From: Piedraia hortae CBS 480.64
Taxonomy: Eukaryota
Direction: 5' to 3'
DNA length: 64,000 bases
Assembly (NCBI GenBank): GCA_010093745.1
Contig: MU005958.1
Span: 124,001 to 188,000 of the forward strand
The first letter of the stretch is position 1; each line of letters starts with the position of its first letter. The notes below the pieces were generated by a model. It was not told the DNA's origin. It saw only the letters and a program-made list of their open reading frames with translations, and ran no database searches. The position numbers and the translations under genes were made by a program. Shown piece after piece: positions 34,307 through 47,373 of this stretch.

Positions 34307-36649
34307 CTACATCCGAATGCCGGCATGCACGGCCTGGCCGAGCGCAGCGGCAAGCGGGGTAACGAATGGCGATGACTCTTCGCTTCTGTTAGCGTTCGTG
34401 GGGCCACTGTAGAGCGGGGACTCGGCGATCGATTTTGAGAGATCCTTTACGGCTCGTTGGACGGGTCTCATGGCGGCACGAACAGTCTTGATGTCGATCT
34501 CGTTGTTGGGGAGGTTTCTCACGTTTGTTGCAAGGTCGGTCCAGGACCGGACAAACGAGTCACATAGCTGCCAGATTTCACGCTGTTGCTGGGGCTGGGT
34601 TATGCTTCGATGCATGACAGCGTTGGCCAGGGATGCATGTGCTGCCATCATCACTTCACAATCGTGCACAGCTCGGGCCCAGTATCGTGTAGTTTCAGTT
34701 GACACGAAGCCCGCCGCTGCGTCGGCGTGTTTCTTTCTTAATATGAACTCAGACATGCAGCGCGGTAGGGATTCGGCTGCCATGTCGCATGCTCTGCGCA
34801 CTGTAGCAATAACACGGTCTTCTTCATTGCGAACAGGTCCTATTGAGGACGCGCTGCGCTGGAGTGGCACCACGGGAGCGGCGCCTGGTCGACCTATATT
34901 TTGCAACATTGTTACCCCCCGCTGACGCTGACGACTTCCGTTGCTGCCGCTGCGACGACCCTGTTGAGACTGCGTTGGTGTAGCTGTGCGACTGCTCCGG
35001 GCTCGTGACTCTCGAGGCTTATCTGTTGACACGATTGCATAGCCCAAGCTGACACAGACGTTGCGTGTCTCTAGAATAGTCATGTAAAGCTGCATCATCA
35101 AATACCGCACATAGGCGGCATCAGTCAGCATGATAATTCGCGGTGCATGGCGACGCAGCTCTCGTGCTACACCTGCATAGGCATCGAGCGCTGCCACAGC
35201 TGTTAAAACAACGGCACCCACAGCGACTTCGCTGCCGTCCAGTTGCTTCACTAGCCGGTCAAGTTCGTACACGTGCAAATTAGCTCCAAACGCTAAATTT
35301 TCCAAGCGACTATCTTTTACTGCAGCGGCAGCATCACCCACGGGACCACAGAGTTGGAAGAGCGAGTAAAGTAGCCGTCTCAGCGCGCGGACTTCTGCAC
35401 TACCATGTGGAGGCCGACGCTCTAGCATATTTGTCCGTGGCCGCAAAGTCTCGTGCCGACTTCCTACCGGGCTGCTGGGAATGGATGATGTTTCACTAGC
35501 GGTGAAAGATACAAAACCACGCACGTGGGACAACGGCGGCTCATTAGGAGCCACAAACGATGGTGGCTGTGACCTTTCCGGGCCCGACAACAGACGACCT
35601 CTGCCGGCGACCGACGCCACCGAGGCTACATCTGACAAGTGCGTTTCGCTAGAGGACGTTGCGACTGAAAGAGAACTAAAGTCCCGAGCATGGAAGGGTC
35701 GGATAGTGGTTGACTGGTCATTCCAGCGCGATGAAGTATCCGACCTGTGCGGAACAAATCCTTGTCGACGGGCTCGGATATTTTCGCTCTGGGATCCCTT
35801 GGCGGACTGATCCCGTGCATGTGACCTCACCGGTATAGGCGGCGGGGAGACGGTGGCTGAAGCTGCGGCAGCAGCCGCGGAAACGGAGGCGGATGGTCCC
35901 GCGACTATGGCGCCATCGTCTGCCTGGATGGCCCCGCGGCTGGGACGGATGGGGAAGCGGCCCAGGGTAACGGAACGCTTAGGTGGACGCGGCGTCAAAG
36001 CCTGATTGTCGGCATTGCCTACCCTTTCGTCGGATGTGCGAGACCGCTGCCACGACGCCGCGGATCGGAGGAAGCGCTTGACCTGCTGGCACAGCTCGGC
36101 TTCGGCCTTGTTACCGGTAGCCGACCGTAACTGGTAGACCTCGGGCGGCGGGAACTCGATGGGGTTATCCTCAAAGATGAGCTTGCACAGACTGGGCATG
36201 TCGCCGAGCGCAAGCGGCAGCCGCCTGATGCGGTTGCGCTGAATGGCCAGGAACTTGAGCGAAGTGATATTCTTGATGTCCTCGGGGATTACTTCGATCA
36301 TGTTCTTACTCAAATCAAGGATCTCGAGGGCTGGCAGGTGTAGGACAACGTCCGGGAAGCACGGGAGCTTGTTTGACCGCAGATTCAGGTAGCGCAAGCG
36401 TTTGCTGAGCCGCAGCTCGGCCGGCACTTGTTGCAAATAGTTGTGTGAGATGGCGAGGCGCTCAACCCTGTCCTTAAAGATGTTTACCAGCTCCAGCGGG
36501 AGGCTGTGGAGCTCGCACGAGCTGTAGTCGAGCGTCGCACTTGGCTGAGCATCGATGCCGGCGTCGGCCATGCGCTTCTCATCATCTTCCAGCACCTTGC
36601 GCGTATACGTGACGAGCGCCTCGAACGATGGCGGCGCTCTTCCCGTCAT
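34307..36649 (-). CDS. SOG2: RAM-network leucine-rich repeat protein
   Basis: N-terminal LRRs (VERLAISHN, LRYLNLRSN, LEILDLSKN, NPIEFPP). C-terminal D..YVRYLM..LY...E.RN and WQLCDSFVRSW...MRPVQRAVKD motifs. Confidence 0.88.
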   Translation of the reverse strand: MTGRAPPSFEALVTYTRKVLEDDEKRMADAGIDAQPSATLDYSSCELHSLPLELVNIFKDRVERLAISHNYLQQVPAELRLSKRLRYLNLRSNKLPCFPDVVLHLPALEILDLSKNMIEVIPEDIKNITSLKFLAIQRNRIRRLPLALGDMPSLCKLIFEDNPIEFPPPEVYQLRSATGNKAEAELCQQVKRFLRSAASWQRSRTSDERVGNADNQALTPRPPKRSVTLGRFPIRPSRGAIQADDGAIVAGPSASVSAAAAAASATVSPPPIPVRSHARDQSAKGSQSENIRARRQGFVPHRSDTSSRWNDQSTTIRPFHARDFSSLSVATSSSETHLSDVASVASVAGRGRLLSGPERSQPPSFVAPNEPPLSHVRGFVSFTASETSSIPSSPVGSRHETLRPRTNMLERRPPHGSAEVRALRRLLYSLFQLCGPVGDAAAAVKDSRLENLAFGANLHVYELDRLVKQLDGSEVAVGAVVLTAVAALDAYAGVARELRRHAPRIIMLTDAAYVRYLMMQLYMTILETRNVCVSLGYAIVSTDKPRESRARSSRTATPTQSQQGRRSGSNGSRQRQRGVTMLQNIGRPGAAPVVPLQRSASSIGPVRNEEDRVIATVRRACDMAAESLPRCMSEFILRKKHADAAAGFVSTETTRYWARAVHDCEVMMAAHASLANAVMHRSITQPQQQREIWQLCDSFVRSWTDLATNVRNLPNNEIDIKTVRAAMRPVQRAVKDLSKSIAESPLYSGPTNANRSEESSPFVTPLAAALGQAVHAGIRM

Positions 36650-36903
36650 TGTTGCTGGCTGTCAACACCGAGTGTCGTCGGAAAAGGAAGCGTCGCTAGC
36701 CAGGGGTCGGTGTGGCGGATCGCCTATATCCTCCTAGAAGGCTAGCCAATAGCCCTGCGTTGCCGGCTGGTGTTGCGTCTGAGCTAAGTTCAAAATGGCA
36801 TGGCGTCTGGAGCTATCGGTCCAATCAACCAAGGCACGTGTTTTGGACGCCTTCCATAACAAGCTTAGCGTCTGTCATCTCGACATAGAACTTGGGGAGG
36901 AAC

Positions 36904-37906
36904 ATGACAACACAACTATCGCGGTCGGTGCAATCATACATTTCCACTTCGCTAGATCCGTGGGTAAATCTGTCTATTGAGCATTACCTGTTGCAGAAAT
37001 CGCCAATAGCCTCCACCGTCTTGTTCCTCTATGTGAACGGGCCCAGCGTAGTCATTGGCAGTAACCAAAACCCATGGGTAGAAGTCGACCTAGCCCACTT
37101 GCGGCAGGAGAGAGCAAATCTTGTACGACGACGTAGCGGAGGTGGCACCGTCTTTCATGACGACGGCAATGTCAACTGGACTGTTATCTGTCCCAAAGAA
37201 TCCTTTACACGGATGAAGCATGCTGAAATGGTGGCGCGAGCGTTGAGGAATCGTGGCATACAAGGCGCACGAGTTAACGAGCGCCATGATATCGTCCTCG
37301 AAGGGAACCCAGCCTTGAAAGTCACAGGCTCAGCATACAAACTGATTAGACACCGTGCGCTTCATCACGGCACCTGTTTACTTTCAAGCCCAAATCTGGA
37401 CACCATTTCAAAAATCCTGCGCTCACCGGCAAAGCCTTTTATCAAATCAAAGGGTTCTGAGAGCGTCAGGTCTCCCGTTGGAAACGTTGGGCTGGACCAT
37501 GATGCATTTGTCTCTGCAGTACAAACCGAGTTCGCTGAATTATACAAAGGGCCGGCGGAAAGTGAAAAAGTAGGGCAGAGCTGGCTAGATTTGGAGGAAG
37601 TTCGCAAGGGCTACGACGAGCTTCGGGTGAGTGTTCCACGCACAGTGCACGGCAGAGCTGACAATACAGTCACCTGAGTGGATGTACCTCAGAACCCCAA
37701 AGTTTGAAGTGTCAAACGCCGAGACTGGCCTGAACATGCAAGTTCACCATGGTCTCGTTCATGACGGGTATATTGGGCGTAGTAAGTTGCCAGAAGGGCT
37801 GATAGGGAGACGAATACATGAAGTTGGCATGTGGCCTGACGACCAACACTGGGACGAATCAGCTCGAGATGTCGTCTCGTTCTTGAAACGTTTGATGACT
37901 GTTTAA
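36904..37906 (+). CDS. AIM22: Lipoate-protein ligase A
   Basis: [50 protein letters not shown] and HHGTCLL motifs. Intron 37627-37669 joins to [12 protein letters not shown]. The start may lie further upstream. Confidence 0.88.
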
Positions 37907-38248
37907 AGCGATGGTTACTTGTATAGAATCGTGCATTATATTGCCAGGGGAGCAATACATATCTGCACAATACAAATGTAGTAGCTTCGTTCTTGCCAAA
38001 ACAGTCAATATAATTCAGATCAGGACTTTTGATACAGTAGGACAGCGTCGTGGCTCACGTCCGCACAAGTGTAACCACGACATCCCTCACAATAATATAT
38101 GGCATTGCTCTACTCATTCAATTCCTTTTATCCTGTGACAGCATTTCTTGCCTGTCTCGTCATACTCATACAAGAATAGGAAGTCTATCCTATTACAAAT
38201 TCCAAACGTCAACGCCTCGCTCAAAGGTGTAAGAAGCAGCAGGAAAAG

Positions 38249-41200
38249 TCATCCCAACATGCTGGCCACCGGTTTCCTCTTTCGTGCTCGCTGCAGCCGT
38301 GGTGCGCCTTGTATAGAACGTGGCTCTCGCATCAACGAAGGATCCAACTTGGCTGGGGTCCGCCCTGGCATGGGGGGGCTATCACACGGCTGTTGGCTTG
38401 TTGGTGGCGTCGCAGCAGCCGACCGCCACAAATGATCGGATGTGTCGCCAAGGAATGTGGTTTGCGTTCTTGAGAACAGCGAGCGGTGGCCCCTGTTCCG
38501 TTTTGACAGGATGATGTCGTCGAACAGCTTTATCGACGGATCCTCGGCCCGAGTCGACTCCCGATCGTGGATGAACTCGTTGAAGGCCTGGGTCTGCCGC
38601 AGCATGTGCATATACTCACTGTCGCCATGCGGTACGCTGCGCAGAAACTGGTCCATATGAAAATGATATATCAGCCCAGCCTTACGTCTCTCGCCCGTGG
38701 CTGGATGCATATATTTGCGGTAGGTGTAAAAGAGCGAGGCGAAACACCGCACAAAGGCGGCTCGAATTTGATCTGGGCGAAAGGCTACGGGGCACACCAA
38801 AGTCACAGCTGAGAGGCACTGATAATGCACGCTCGCTGCGCAGCCTGAACAGCGAAAGTGGTCTTCGTCACAGCGCTCGTCGCACACGGCACATATCCGC
38901 CTGTTATCTCGCGGTTGCTTCAGCAGACAGTGGCCTTCAACCCACTTTGTTGTTTCATTGTCGCGAACCGGCTGCACCATCATCTGTGGCATGATGGTGC
39001 TCGCCGCCACCGTGCTCTGGGCGTACACGCTGGGTGCGTAGGAGCCCTCTAGCATCGATGTCGACATGCTGGTTTGATGGTTGGCCATGGGGCCCGGCCG
39101 CATGCTGCTTATGCGGTCCAGCGTACCAAAGGCTGAGTTGCGTCGAGGCAAAGCATCTGTCAGATGCCCTGATCTCTTCTCTCGCAACGAGGCCTGCAAA
39201 GCAAAAGCAGAATCATTGCGCGAGCCAACTGTGCTAGGAAAGTTTGACGAGGCCGGTGATACGCCCACTGGGGAGGGTGGAGAGTGGCCAGAAGACTGAC
39301 TGTGACACGTTCGCGTCGAGCTGGTCGACGGACGGTCATTGTATCGAGAAACATCTGCCGTCCGGGACGCACGAAACGCGTTAAAGACGGGATGAGGTGC
39401 GGTGGGAGCGGAACCAAACGTGGTTGAGCTCTCACTCACATATGTTGCAAGAGTAGAGCGAGAAGCAATTGGGGTAAAGATCTGAGGCGATTCCGATGAA
39501 AAGGCATCGGCAGGAAATGTTTCAACCGCATACGGCGGAGGGCCGGTGGGAACACCGTACCGGTTGTGATGCGGAGCTGCAATGGCCAGAAGCGACTGTA
39601 ACTTCCGCCGCTGAGGCCTAGGAAGCGAAACGGGAGGAGCATCAGCCTCAATGACGTTCTCGTCGAGATCAACAAGACAAATGTCTTCTTCAGGTAGCTC
39701 CAGCTTCTCGTATCGCCGCTCAACACCGGCAATGTACGGACATGGAGCCTCGAGTGCCTGTACCAGCCGCGCAGGCAGCACAGGAATCAAGACGCCCGTC
39801 CAGCGGAGCGGATAGAGCAGCGTCGTGATGGCTGCACATGCCAGCTGCAGCATAGCAGTGTGCGAGGAGAGCAGCACGATGCGAGACTCAGCCAGCGTAT
39901 ACTCGAGCAGTAAGATTATGTTCTGCAACGAGAGGCAGCGGAACAGCGGATAGAGATCAACGTTCCGCGAGCCCGGAAGCTCATTCAGCGCCTCCTTCCG
40001 CGCATAAAGACGCAGATCGCGCACGGCAACCTCGACCTGCGTGATGGATGTGATGGGGCACAGCGCCTCAACGCACAGATTGACCACATAGCGCTCCAGC
40101 GGCAGCCAGATGCCGACACGCGGTGAGCTCGGCGGAGCGCGCAGCACGGCACCGTTCAGCATCGGCACCAAGATGGCCTTGAGCCACTCCTTCCAGAAGC
40201 TCATCAGCGTCAGGTCGCGGCCCAAGATGCCGTACGCGCGCGGGATCCAGAAGCCCGAATCGCCTTCGGTCAACCCATCAATCTTGGACGCAGCGCCGTG
40301 CCTCACTGGCCGCAGGAGGTCTGCCATCAACGCAATCTTCTCTTCGACCGAACCAATCTCCTCTTCCAGCTGCTCTCGCGCCTCACTACCCGACGCCAGC
40401 GCCGAGAGGTCAGCCAACAGCCGGCTGAGCTTTGCGCGTTCCATTGACAGCCGCTCGCCCAGGCTGCTGGCCAATTCGCGCTCCTCGTCGCTCATATTGG
40501 CCCGCCGCCACTCCTCACACTGCTGCTCCAAGCCCGCCGACGCCTCGCTGTTCAGCGGGATCCAGACGATTGCGCAGACGCCATACAGCTGTCCACCGTC
40601 CTGGCCCGTCATTGCGAACCCGTGCCACGTCGAGCGCGGCCGCTCGTCGGATGATACCACTGTTACATCGTTTGGGAACGCAAACATGGGTACATAGTCG
40701 GGAAACGGATGCCGCCGCTTCGTCTCATCGCCTACAGCCACGCCCGGATAGCGGTCCAGCAAAACCGGCTCGTACCGTCGCTTAAGCGGATGCATGTCCG
40801 GCGTCGCCAGGAAAGGTTGTGGGGACGGAATCACCGATGCGTACCCACTAAGCCGCTTCGCCGTCCGCACTGATACCGGTCGGCTCATGACCGATAGCCT
40901 CTTCATGTTGCTATTCATGGTCGAGAAGCGGCGGCGAAGGCTACCGACGCCGGCCCGCAGACTGCCCGCCGCTCCGCCAGGCGTCGGCGGGGCGTCATCT
41001 TCCGCCGCTATCCGCACAGTGCGCGGACGAGGCCGTCTCTGGTGTGTGGGGGTGCTGATGCTGTTGCTATTTCGAACAGTTCCCGCGCGGAATGAGATGT
41101 CGTCAAGGAAAGAATCTCGTTCGGATGCAAACTTTTTCAGAGCCTCCTCAAACGCGCCATTGCTGAGATCCGCAAACTGTCCGGCAGGAGCCTTCAGTGT

Positions 41201-41539
41201 GGCCGCGCTGCTGCGATTACTGCCGGCTGCGGTGGTGCCGGCCACAGGCGAATCGCAGTTGAAGCTCTTGAAACCGTCGGAGGCGGGCCGCATGCGCCGC
41301 AGGGTGTCATCAGAAGTGACTGCACTGGATCCTGCCTGCTGACCGTCTGTCTTGGTGTCTACCGGCCGGTTTTCGTCGACGATATCCTTAACTTGCGGCG
41401 ACGGAGCGGACAAGACCGCCGCGGCCACCGCGGGTCCATCGTAAACTTGCGAAGACTCGATACCCGCAATGAAGAAGTAATCGGCCAACGGAGCGGAGAT
41501 GTCGGGCCCGTTGATGCTTGGAGGCGGCGCTGGCGCCAT
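38249..41539 (-). CDS. DENN-domain protein (uDENN/DENN/dDENN) with a C1-like zinc finger
   Basis: LADYFFIAG, FPDYVPMFAFPND, LYPLFRCLS, IPVLPARL...LEAPCPYI.G and CAVC...CSGC...H..C motifs. Confidence 0.9.
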   Translation of the reverse strand: MAPAPPPSINGPDISAPLADYFFIAGIESSQVYDGPAVAAAVLSAPSPQVKDIVDENRPVDTKTDGQQAGSSAVTSDDTLRRMRPASDGFKSFNCDSPVAGTTAAGSNRSSAATLKAPAGQFADLSNGAFEEALKKFASERDSFLDDISFRAGTVRNSNSISTPTHQRRPRPRTVRIAAEDDAPPTPGGAAGSLRAGVGSLRRRFSTMNSNMKRLSVMSRPVSVRTAKRLSGYASVIPSPQPFLATPDMHPLKRRYEPVLLDRYPGVAVGDETKRRHPFPDYVPMFAFPNDVTVVSSDERPRSTWHGFAMTGQDGGQLYGVCAIVWIPLNSEASAGLEQQCEEWRRANMSDEERELASSLGERLSMERAKLSRLLADLSALASGSEAREQLEEEIGSVEEKIALMADLLRPVRHGAASKIDGLTEGDSGFWIPRAYGILGRDLTLMSFWKEWLKAILVPMLNGAVLRAPPSSPRVGIWLPLERYVVNLCVEALCPITSITQVEVAVRDLRLYARKEALNELPGSRNVDLYPLFRCLSLQNIILLLEYTLAESRIVLLSSHTAMLQLACAAITTLLYPLRWTGVLIPVLPARLVQALEAPCPYIAGVERRYEKLELPEEDICLVDLDENVIEADAPPVSLPRPQRRKLQSLLAIAAPHHNRYGVPTGPPPYAVETFPADAFSSESPQIFTPIASRSTLATYVSESSTTFGSAPTAPHPVFNAFRASRTADVSRYNDRPSTSSTRTCHSQSSGHSPPSPVGVSPASSNFPSTVGSRNDSAFALQASLREKRSGHLTDALPRRNSAFGTLDRISSMRPGPMANHQTSMSTSMLEGSYAPSVYAQSTVAASTIMPQMMVQPVRDNETTKWVEGHCLLKQPRDNRRICAVCDERCDEDHFRCSGCAASVHYQCLSAVTLVCPVAFRPDQIRAAFVRCFASLFYTYRKYMHPATGERRKAGLIYHFHMDQFLRSVPHGDSEYMHMLRQTQAFNEFIHDRESTRAEDPSIKLFDDIILSKRNRGHRSLFSRTQTTFLGDTSDHLWRSAAATPPTSQQPCDSPPMPGRTPAKLDPSLMREPRSIQGAPRLQRARKRKPVASMLG

Positions 41540-43399
41540 GTGGATAGCTGCGTCAATCTGTTCGATTTTAGTTGAATTTTTTTCCCCTCAGCGCATCAAC
41601 GGGCGTCTTGCTGCAGTTTGCCGCAAAAAAACAAGTGACGGACATGGACAACACGGAGAAGCGAGAGTCAGCGCGTGGTGCCAGATGTCTCTCACCCCAG
41701 CGTGAGGTGAGGAGGTCCGTGGGTGGTGGTTGCGGTCGGGGTCCGCGCACGTGATCGGCTCCTTGTTTAAGGGTCCTGTTCGGTATTGCCCGATACCAGG
41801 AGGACACCGACCCTGACGCAGATACACCGTGCAACACGTCTACGTGTAATTTGATCCCTTGGCCTTTTTGTTCTTTTCTGACCTTCCCACGCGTGTGAAG
41901 CAACCATCACCAGCGCTCCCAAAAATACGGTTTCCAATGATCGGCAGCTCAAACTTTGCGTCAGAGCACCTGATTTCTTTTTCCGGCACGGACCGGTTCG
42001 TTTCCCCGCATCTGTCGTAAACCCACGAGGAATGGGTCAGTTACGTGCATTAGCGCTGCATCCCCACCATCGCTCGTCGTTTGAGATTTTGCCATGCAGG
42101 GGATGGCGCAATGTCATTCGCTTTGATGGCGCTTATTTCTGTGGGGCCTGCACTTGACTAGGCCGTCATTCAGACCTCATCCAGTTAAAGATGTGCCCAT
42201 GAGCTCGGGTCTTCTATTGATTAAAGTCCACGACCCTGAAGCGTATCAGGTAGCATGTGCCTTTCATGGAAAGTCTGCCGCCTCACGGCAAGCAGAACCC
42301 CTGCACTACTGTTCGCTTGAAGACGTTATTATACACGATATCTGGCCAAAACTCTCAAAGTAGGCGAGAGTCTGTCCAAGGATTGAACTGACTTTCGCGC
42401 AACTTTCAATGTCGACTTACGTTTTGCCAGTGGAAAAGGATAACTTTACGACTTGCAGATAGCTTGTGGTAATCTGTACCAAAACAGTCCTTGTGATAAG
42501 ACCCAGCCAGACGGAGCAAAGACCCTAACCATTGGTGTGGTGAGCAATCAACTAGTCGAAAGTGACTGGATGACAAAACTTGTGAGCATGCAAAGAACTG
42601 TATCATATCATTGGGACGAGATCATCTGTATTGTGATCTTGGCAAATGTCACTTTGCCATAAAGGAGCTGTCTTGGCACGCTTTTGAATCTACGCTCTCC
42701 TATCGCGTGAATACAGAATTATTTCACCTTATGCTTTGCTTCGCAATCTTCACTGATATTCTTGTGTTCTGATTCTCTTCGTCCAAAAGCTGCTAGCCTG
42801 GCAGCAATAGCTGGGAGATTTTTGCTGCCTTGACATCAGCAAGCTCCGCGACTTGAGTCAATGATGTAGACATCCCTGAGCAAACTGATCCAGCTTCGAA
42901 AATTTGCGCTGAGTGGTGAACTTGATAGTTCTAATCTACAAGCTACCTAAGCAGTTCTCGATATCTGTATTAGAGACGAGAGGAAATCTTTGAGCCACTG
43001 TTTCAGCCCAAAAAGCGTTGGAATCAAGCATCGCCGCTAGCGCGTATGCGGGGCACTTACATAGCAAGTCAGAGATACCTCCTACACTATCAGCTGCACC
43101 CTAGGTTTTTCCCTCACAGAGGTTTTCCCTCAGGGTCATGTCAGATGTGATATGGCGAATGCGCCCTGCACGTGTACGTGACGTCACCGGCCCACCGGTA
43201 TAGAATTTTTATTCTGAACGTCCCCTCATTTTGAAATAGATAGCCATTCACATTGTCATATCGACACTGGTATTGACTCATATACATCTACATCTGTCCT
43301 GTCCCTGATCCTGTCGATCACTCCGTCCTCTTCGGGTCGCTGCGCAATCTCACCCACGGGAGCTAAATCTCTACGAAAAGTACAAAAGCCCTTTTATTT

Positions 43400-45020
43400 C
43401 CACAAATATGTGATCCTTGGATCCTCATTAATTGGTCTACAGGTCTAGCCTTGAGCCGCTTGGTGTACAATCTCTGGACACACCAGCCCTCCCTCAGCAT
43501 TGTTCCCGGTGATTCCTCTTGGACCAAATTTCGTCAACGATAGATTTGCCTAAAAAATTATTCTCCATCTTCCTCCAATAAATATGAGCCTGATAAAATC
43601 AACAGAAATTGTCCCATTGATCCCAACTATCCATTCACGCCACGACGGTGGGGCAGTGGGACCGTGCGGTCTGCTGCTTCTGGACTTCGTGGGTGTAGAC
43701 TGTAGAGCTTGAGGTTCATCCTTTGGTTTCAGTGATATCTCGCTCACAGAGCTTGGCACGATTGAGCTGGCTGGCACAAATAGACAGGGGACGACTGGAT
43801 TTTGCTGTAGCTGTAGCTGTGCTTCAACATGAAGCCGGGGAGGCGAGTGTATAAGTATTAGGTCCATTAAAATGTGGCTCATATTTCCATTTTATCTATC
43901 TGCTTTCCATCACATCGATACCCTTTCTTTCCAAACGTACACTACGGTAGATACTGATTACCCAGCTTCCTCGTCAAGCTCTCCTCCGCTTGTGCCATTT
44001 GCTCTCCAATTTAATCCAACTCATCCTCCTGCTGCCTTCTATCATCTACCCCAACATACGGCAAACCAATTCATCGAACACAACATGAGTATTTAAGTAC
44101 ATATCTTGAAAAAGGACGGCCAGGGACCTGGTTCTAATACGAACTGGATACTCAGTCCTGTTTCGGACGATCAGGATGAACGTCGGGCTGGCTAGAAAGG
44201 ACCTTCATCTTAACAAAGTCGGAAGCAAATGGATTGTTGTTGATAAACTTTACCAGCTCCCTAATCTCAGCCTCGGACATTGGTTTGTCATCGACAACAA
44301 AGTCCTGAAGAGGGAGCTGGATTCGAGAGATGTTATGGGTTTCGTAACCCACGAGGACACTTTCATGTGGGTTTTATGTGAACCAATATCGTCTTGGTAC
44401 GGATTGATCAAAGACAGCGGCTCAGCGGCCATAGGCTTTTAGGTGGCCTAGGTATGGCTTCCTGTTTGGCGAGAACCTGATAGGGTAGCTTAGAGTTCAG
44501 TTACTGCAGTGGGGTGATGTTGAGAAGGTACACCGCACAACCATTGGCTTCGGGCCAGGGGCGTTTCGTTAGGCCCGAGGGGAATAACAGCTTACTTGCT
44601 AGAGTGCAAACAATGTTGTAAATGTTGATGTTATTAGATTCAGGCCACACTAGCAGCGGTGTTGGATACGGACAGATGCTCAGCCTGCAGAGTGTGTGCG
44701 ACCAAGATTGAGGTTTGCTCCTTGATTTCGCGCAGTTCTTCGCGCAAATTCTGCGTTGTCTCGGAGGGCTAGCTGCAGCACTCGCAATAGCATCGAATTC
44801 GCAATGACGGGCGGATCGATACTGAGGAATGTTCTTTTGAACCCCAGCTCCGATCCTTTTGCACAGTCGTTGGGGTGGGAATGGTTGGTGCCAAAGAATT
44901 GGAGTCGTCCACCAATATTCCAGTTAGGTACTCATTGGGTTTCCTCAAACCTGAGATTTCTCTTTCTAGCATGGAGATCCGAGCCTCATGCGACTCCAGT
45001 AATGTATCGGTTCCCATAAC
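43400..45020 (-). mobile_element. Decayed Ty1/copia retrotransposon fragments
   Basis: Integrase-end motifs WPEANGCAVYLLNITP, KPYLGHLKAYG and VLVGYETHNI. RT-start-like KRLKAR near 43450. Many stops. Confidence 0.65.
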
Positions 45021-45149
45021 CATGAAGTGCTAGTATTCGGCCGCTGGCATGATGCCTCGAGTCAGCTGGATCGGTTGAGGACTTTACTCGCACACATTTG
45101 ACAACGTCTCATGTCTTTGCTGCAACCCTTGCGAGTGCAAAGATTTGCT

Positions 45150-46150
45150 CGTATTATTTCCTTTTGACAGGGTCCAGGGTCCTCTGGAATCGGGATATTG
45201 CCAAAGGTCTGAGACTTATTGCTTCCAGAATGGGAAGCCCTTGATATCCTTCAGTGTGTGAGCTTGGCACTCGAGACATGGATGCTACTCTCATTCGCGG
45301 AAAGCGACGGACTGCTTCCTCTATAAGCTTCCACGTAAGGATTAGGTAGGTCATCCGACAGAACGTAGGTCCCTTTGTGTTTCACAACATAACTGTATTC
45401 GCGGCAACCCGAATGTTTATCATGATCATTGCTCATGCACCACTACATAGAGCTGTAGAGGTTTGCCCCAGGAGCAAGACCATTTTGTTGACATTTGTTT
45501 GGTCAATCGTTAGCATTGGTGTCAAACACTTCACGAGATCTGTGAGCAAGATGGGAAAACTTTCAATCTTTCTCGGTAGTTCAGTATAGGATTTCGCATC
45601 AGGTTAAATTTGAAAACAGCTGTGGTGGCATTCATTTGTACACTATGCCGGTCGTATTGAATGGGAAACAGAGCCGACTATACCCAGTAGTTGCTCGAGG
45701 AGTAAGGGCGAAAGTAGTCGTGAAGTCTGCTCCAGCTACGGCTACTTGCGAGAATCCGCGTGCAAGTCCATCAGGCCTCGTACTTGTTACTGGCTTCTTC
45801 GCTAACATCCACCTTTTTGTCATACAATTCCCCCTTGAGGAAGCTCTCGACGACCAATGACTTTCAAAACGCATGCTTTTCTGAGAGAGTCTTTCTTATC
45901 TTCCGTCATTTTTCGCCATTTTGTTAAGCTTCTAAAATTTGCACTGCGTTTCGAAGTGTCAAGAAGTTGTGTCGCTCCCCTTGCGCTGCATGAGAGGCTC
46001 AGTGAAAATGTTGGTGGGTGGGGCGACGTCACTCGATGCCAAGCCTGTTGTATTTCAATTTCCACTCCTTTGATTCCTCCTTCAAGGTCGATTGGAAGAA
46101 TGGCACCACCCACTCTTGTGGCATATGAGCGCATCCCTAGGAATCATTGT
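45150..46150 (-). mobile_element. Possible decayed retrotransposon gag/protease relic
   Basis: Degenerate knuckle-like RLCFPFNTTG(H) near 45650-45680 and stop-riddled frames. Confidence 0.25.
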
Positions 46151-46254
46151 GGGTCGCCGACACGCCAATAGCATCGCAGGGCATGGCGAAGTGTATTTCA
46201 AGATAACCGGCCACTATATTGTATGCAAGAGTACGACATCCAGTTAGCAGGATG

Positions 46255-47100
46255 GTTTCAACGTGGATGAGAGAGGCTTCCGTGTTGAATACGCAAGCAA
46301 CCGACAACAATGCACAGCAAGTCTCCTAAGTCCCGTTCCCTCCATATTTTGCGGCGCACCGAGAAGCTATCATAGACTCTGCCAAAATCATTGCACTTCA
46401 TCATTGGCTTGGGACTGCAAAAACAGCTTTACAAGCAACTCTCACGATGAAGCGGGGAGTTCACTCAGCGACACGTCCAGGGAGGGCAGCTGTTCTTTAC
46501 AATGATTGTCCTGATACGTCTGGTGGCAACACTGACCGACCACAAAAGTGAACCTTTTGAGACGAGCCACCCTACCTCTTGCAATCATCTTTGCGGCGGC
46601 TTCGGGGGTGTGCAGAATACTTGGACGGAGGAGGTCGACACTAGCTCCCACAGCGCGTCCTTTGCGGCGAGCAAAAAAGGCTGGACAAGCGGCAAGTTCG
46701 GTCTCGACTGGCTCGTCAACGTTTTCGACAAGGCCACCAGAACCAAAGCTCGTCGGAGATAGCGTTTGTTGTTCGTTGACGGCCATAGTTCACACTTAAA
46801 CCTCCCGTTCCTGGAATACTGTTCACGGAACAAGATCCTAGTGGCTTTCGACCCCCGCATGCGACACACAGGTTCCAGCGCTTAGACGTCGGCTTGCTTC
46901 TCCTCTTGACAACTTTTATAGCCAAGAGCTCAATAATTTCACCAGCAGGTCACTCGGACAAACGTTCATGTCAAAAAGGAACTTCTTCGGAGTTTTCTGG
47001 CCATCCCTTGAGAAGGCCTTTGCCAAAGTAAACACTGGCTCAGCTTGGTGGAAGACCAGGATTTTTCTGTCCAATCCCAGCATCGCTCTGGGGAACTCTC
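46255..47100 (+). mobile_element. pogo/Fot1-type DDE transposase remnant
   Basis: FNVDERGF, KGWTSGKFGLDWLVNVFD, RLLFVDGHSSH, PHATHRFQRLDVG and KRNFFGVFWP, with stops and frameshifts. Confidence 0.85.
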
Positions 47101-47373
47101 AACCCGTCATATCAGTATCACCAAGGCCCAGGCTTCAACACCCACTGATATGAAAGAGGTGAAAGGGGTAGAAAGCTCTACTTCGGTTTCGAGCCGTCAA
47201 AGACGTAGGACAGATGCCATCCAGGCAACTCACGGGGTATCGGCTACTTGACGAATCCTGGCCTGAAAATCTGCGCCCAGTGCCAAGCGAAGGACAAGAA
47301 GGGATTAAGCAAATGAAACCCTAGTACGCCTATGGCATTTACGTACCTCCTTTTCTACTGCCGTACGATATGT

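Noticed and set aside
36795..36888. Upstream exon with a GC-AG intron extending the lipoate ligase
   Set aside because: Frame-compatible, but the branch site is weak and an earlier AG competes. It cannot be supported without transcripts.
41990..42010. tRNA T-arm-like GGTTCGTTTCC (similar at about 58383)
   Set aside because: No cloverleaf, A-box or acceptor stem.
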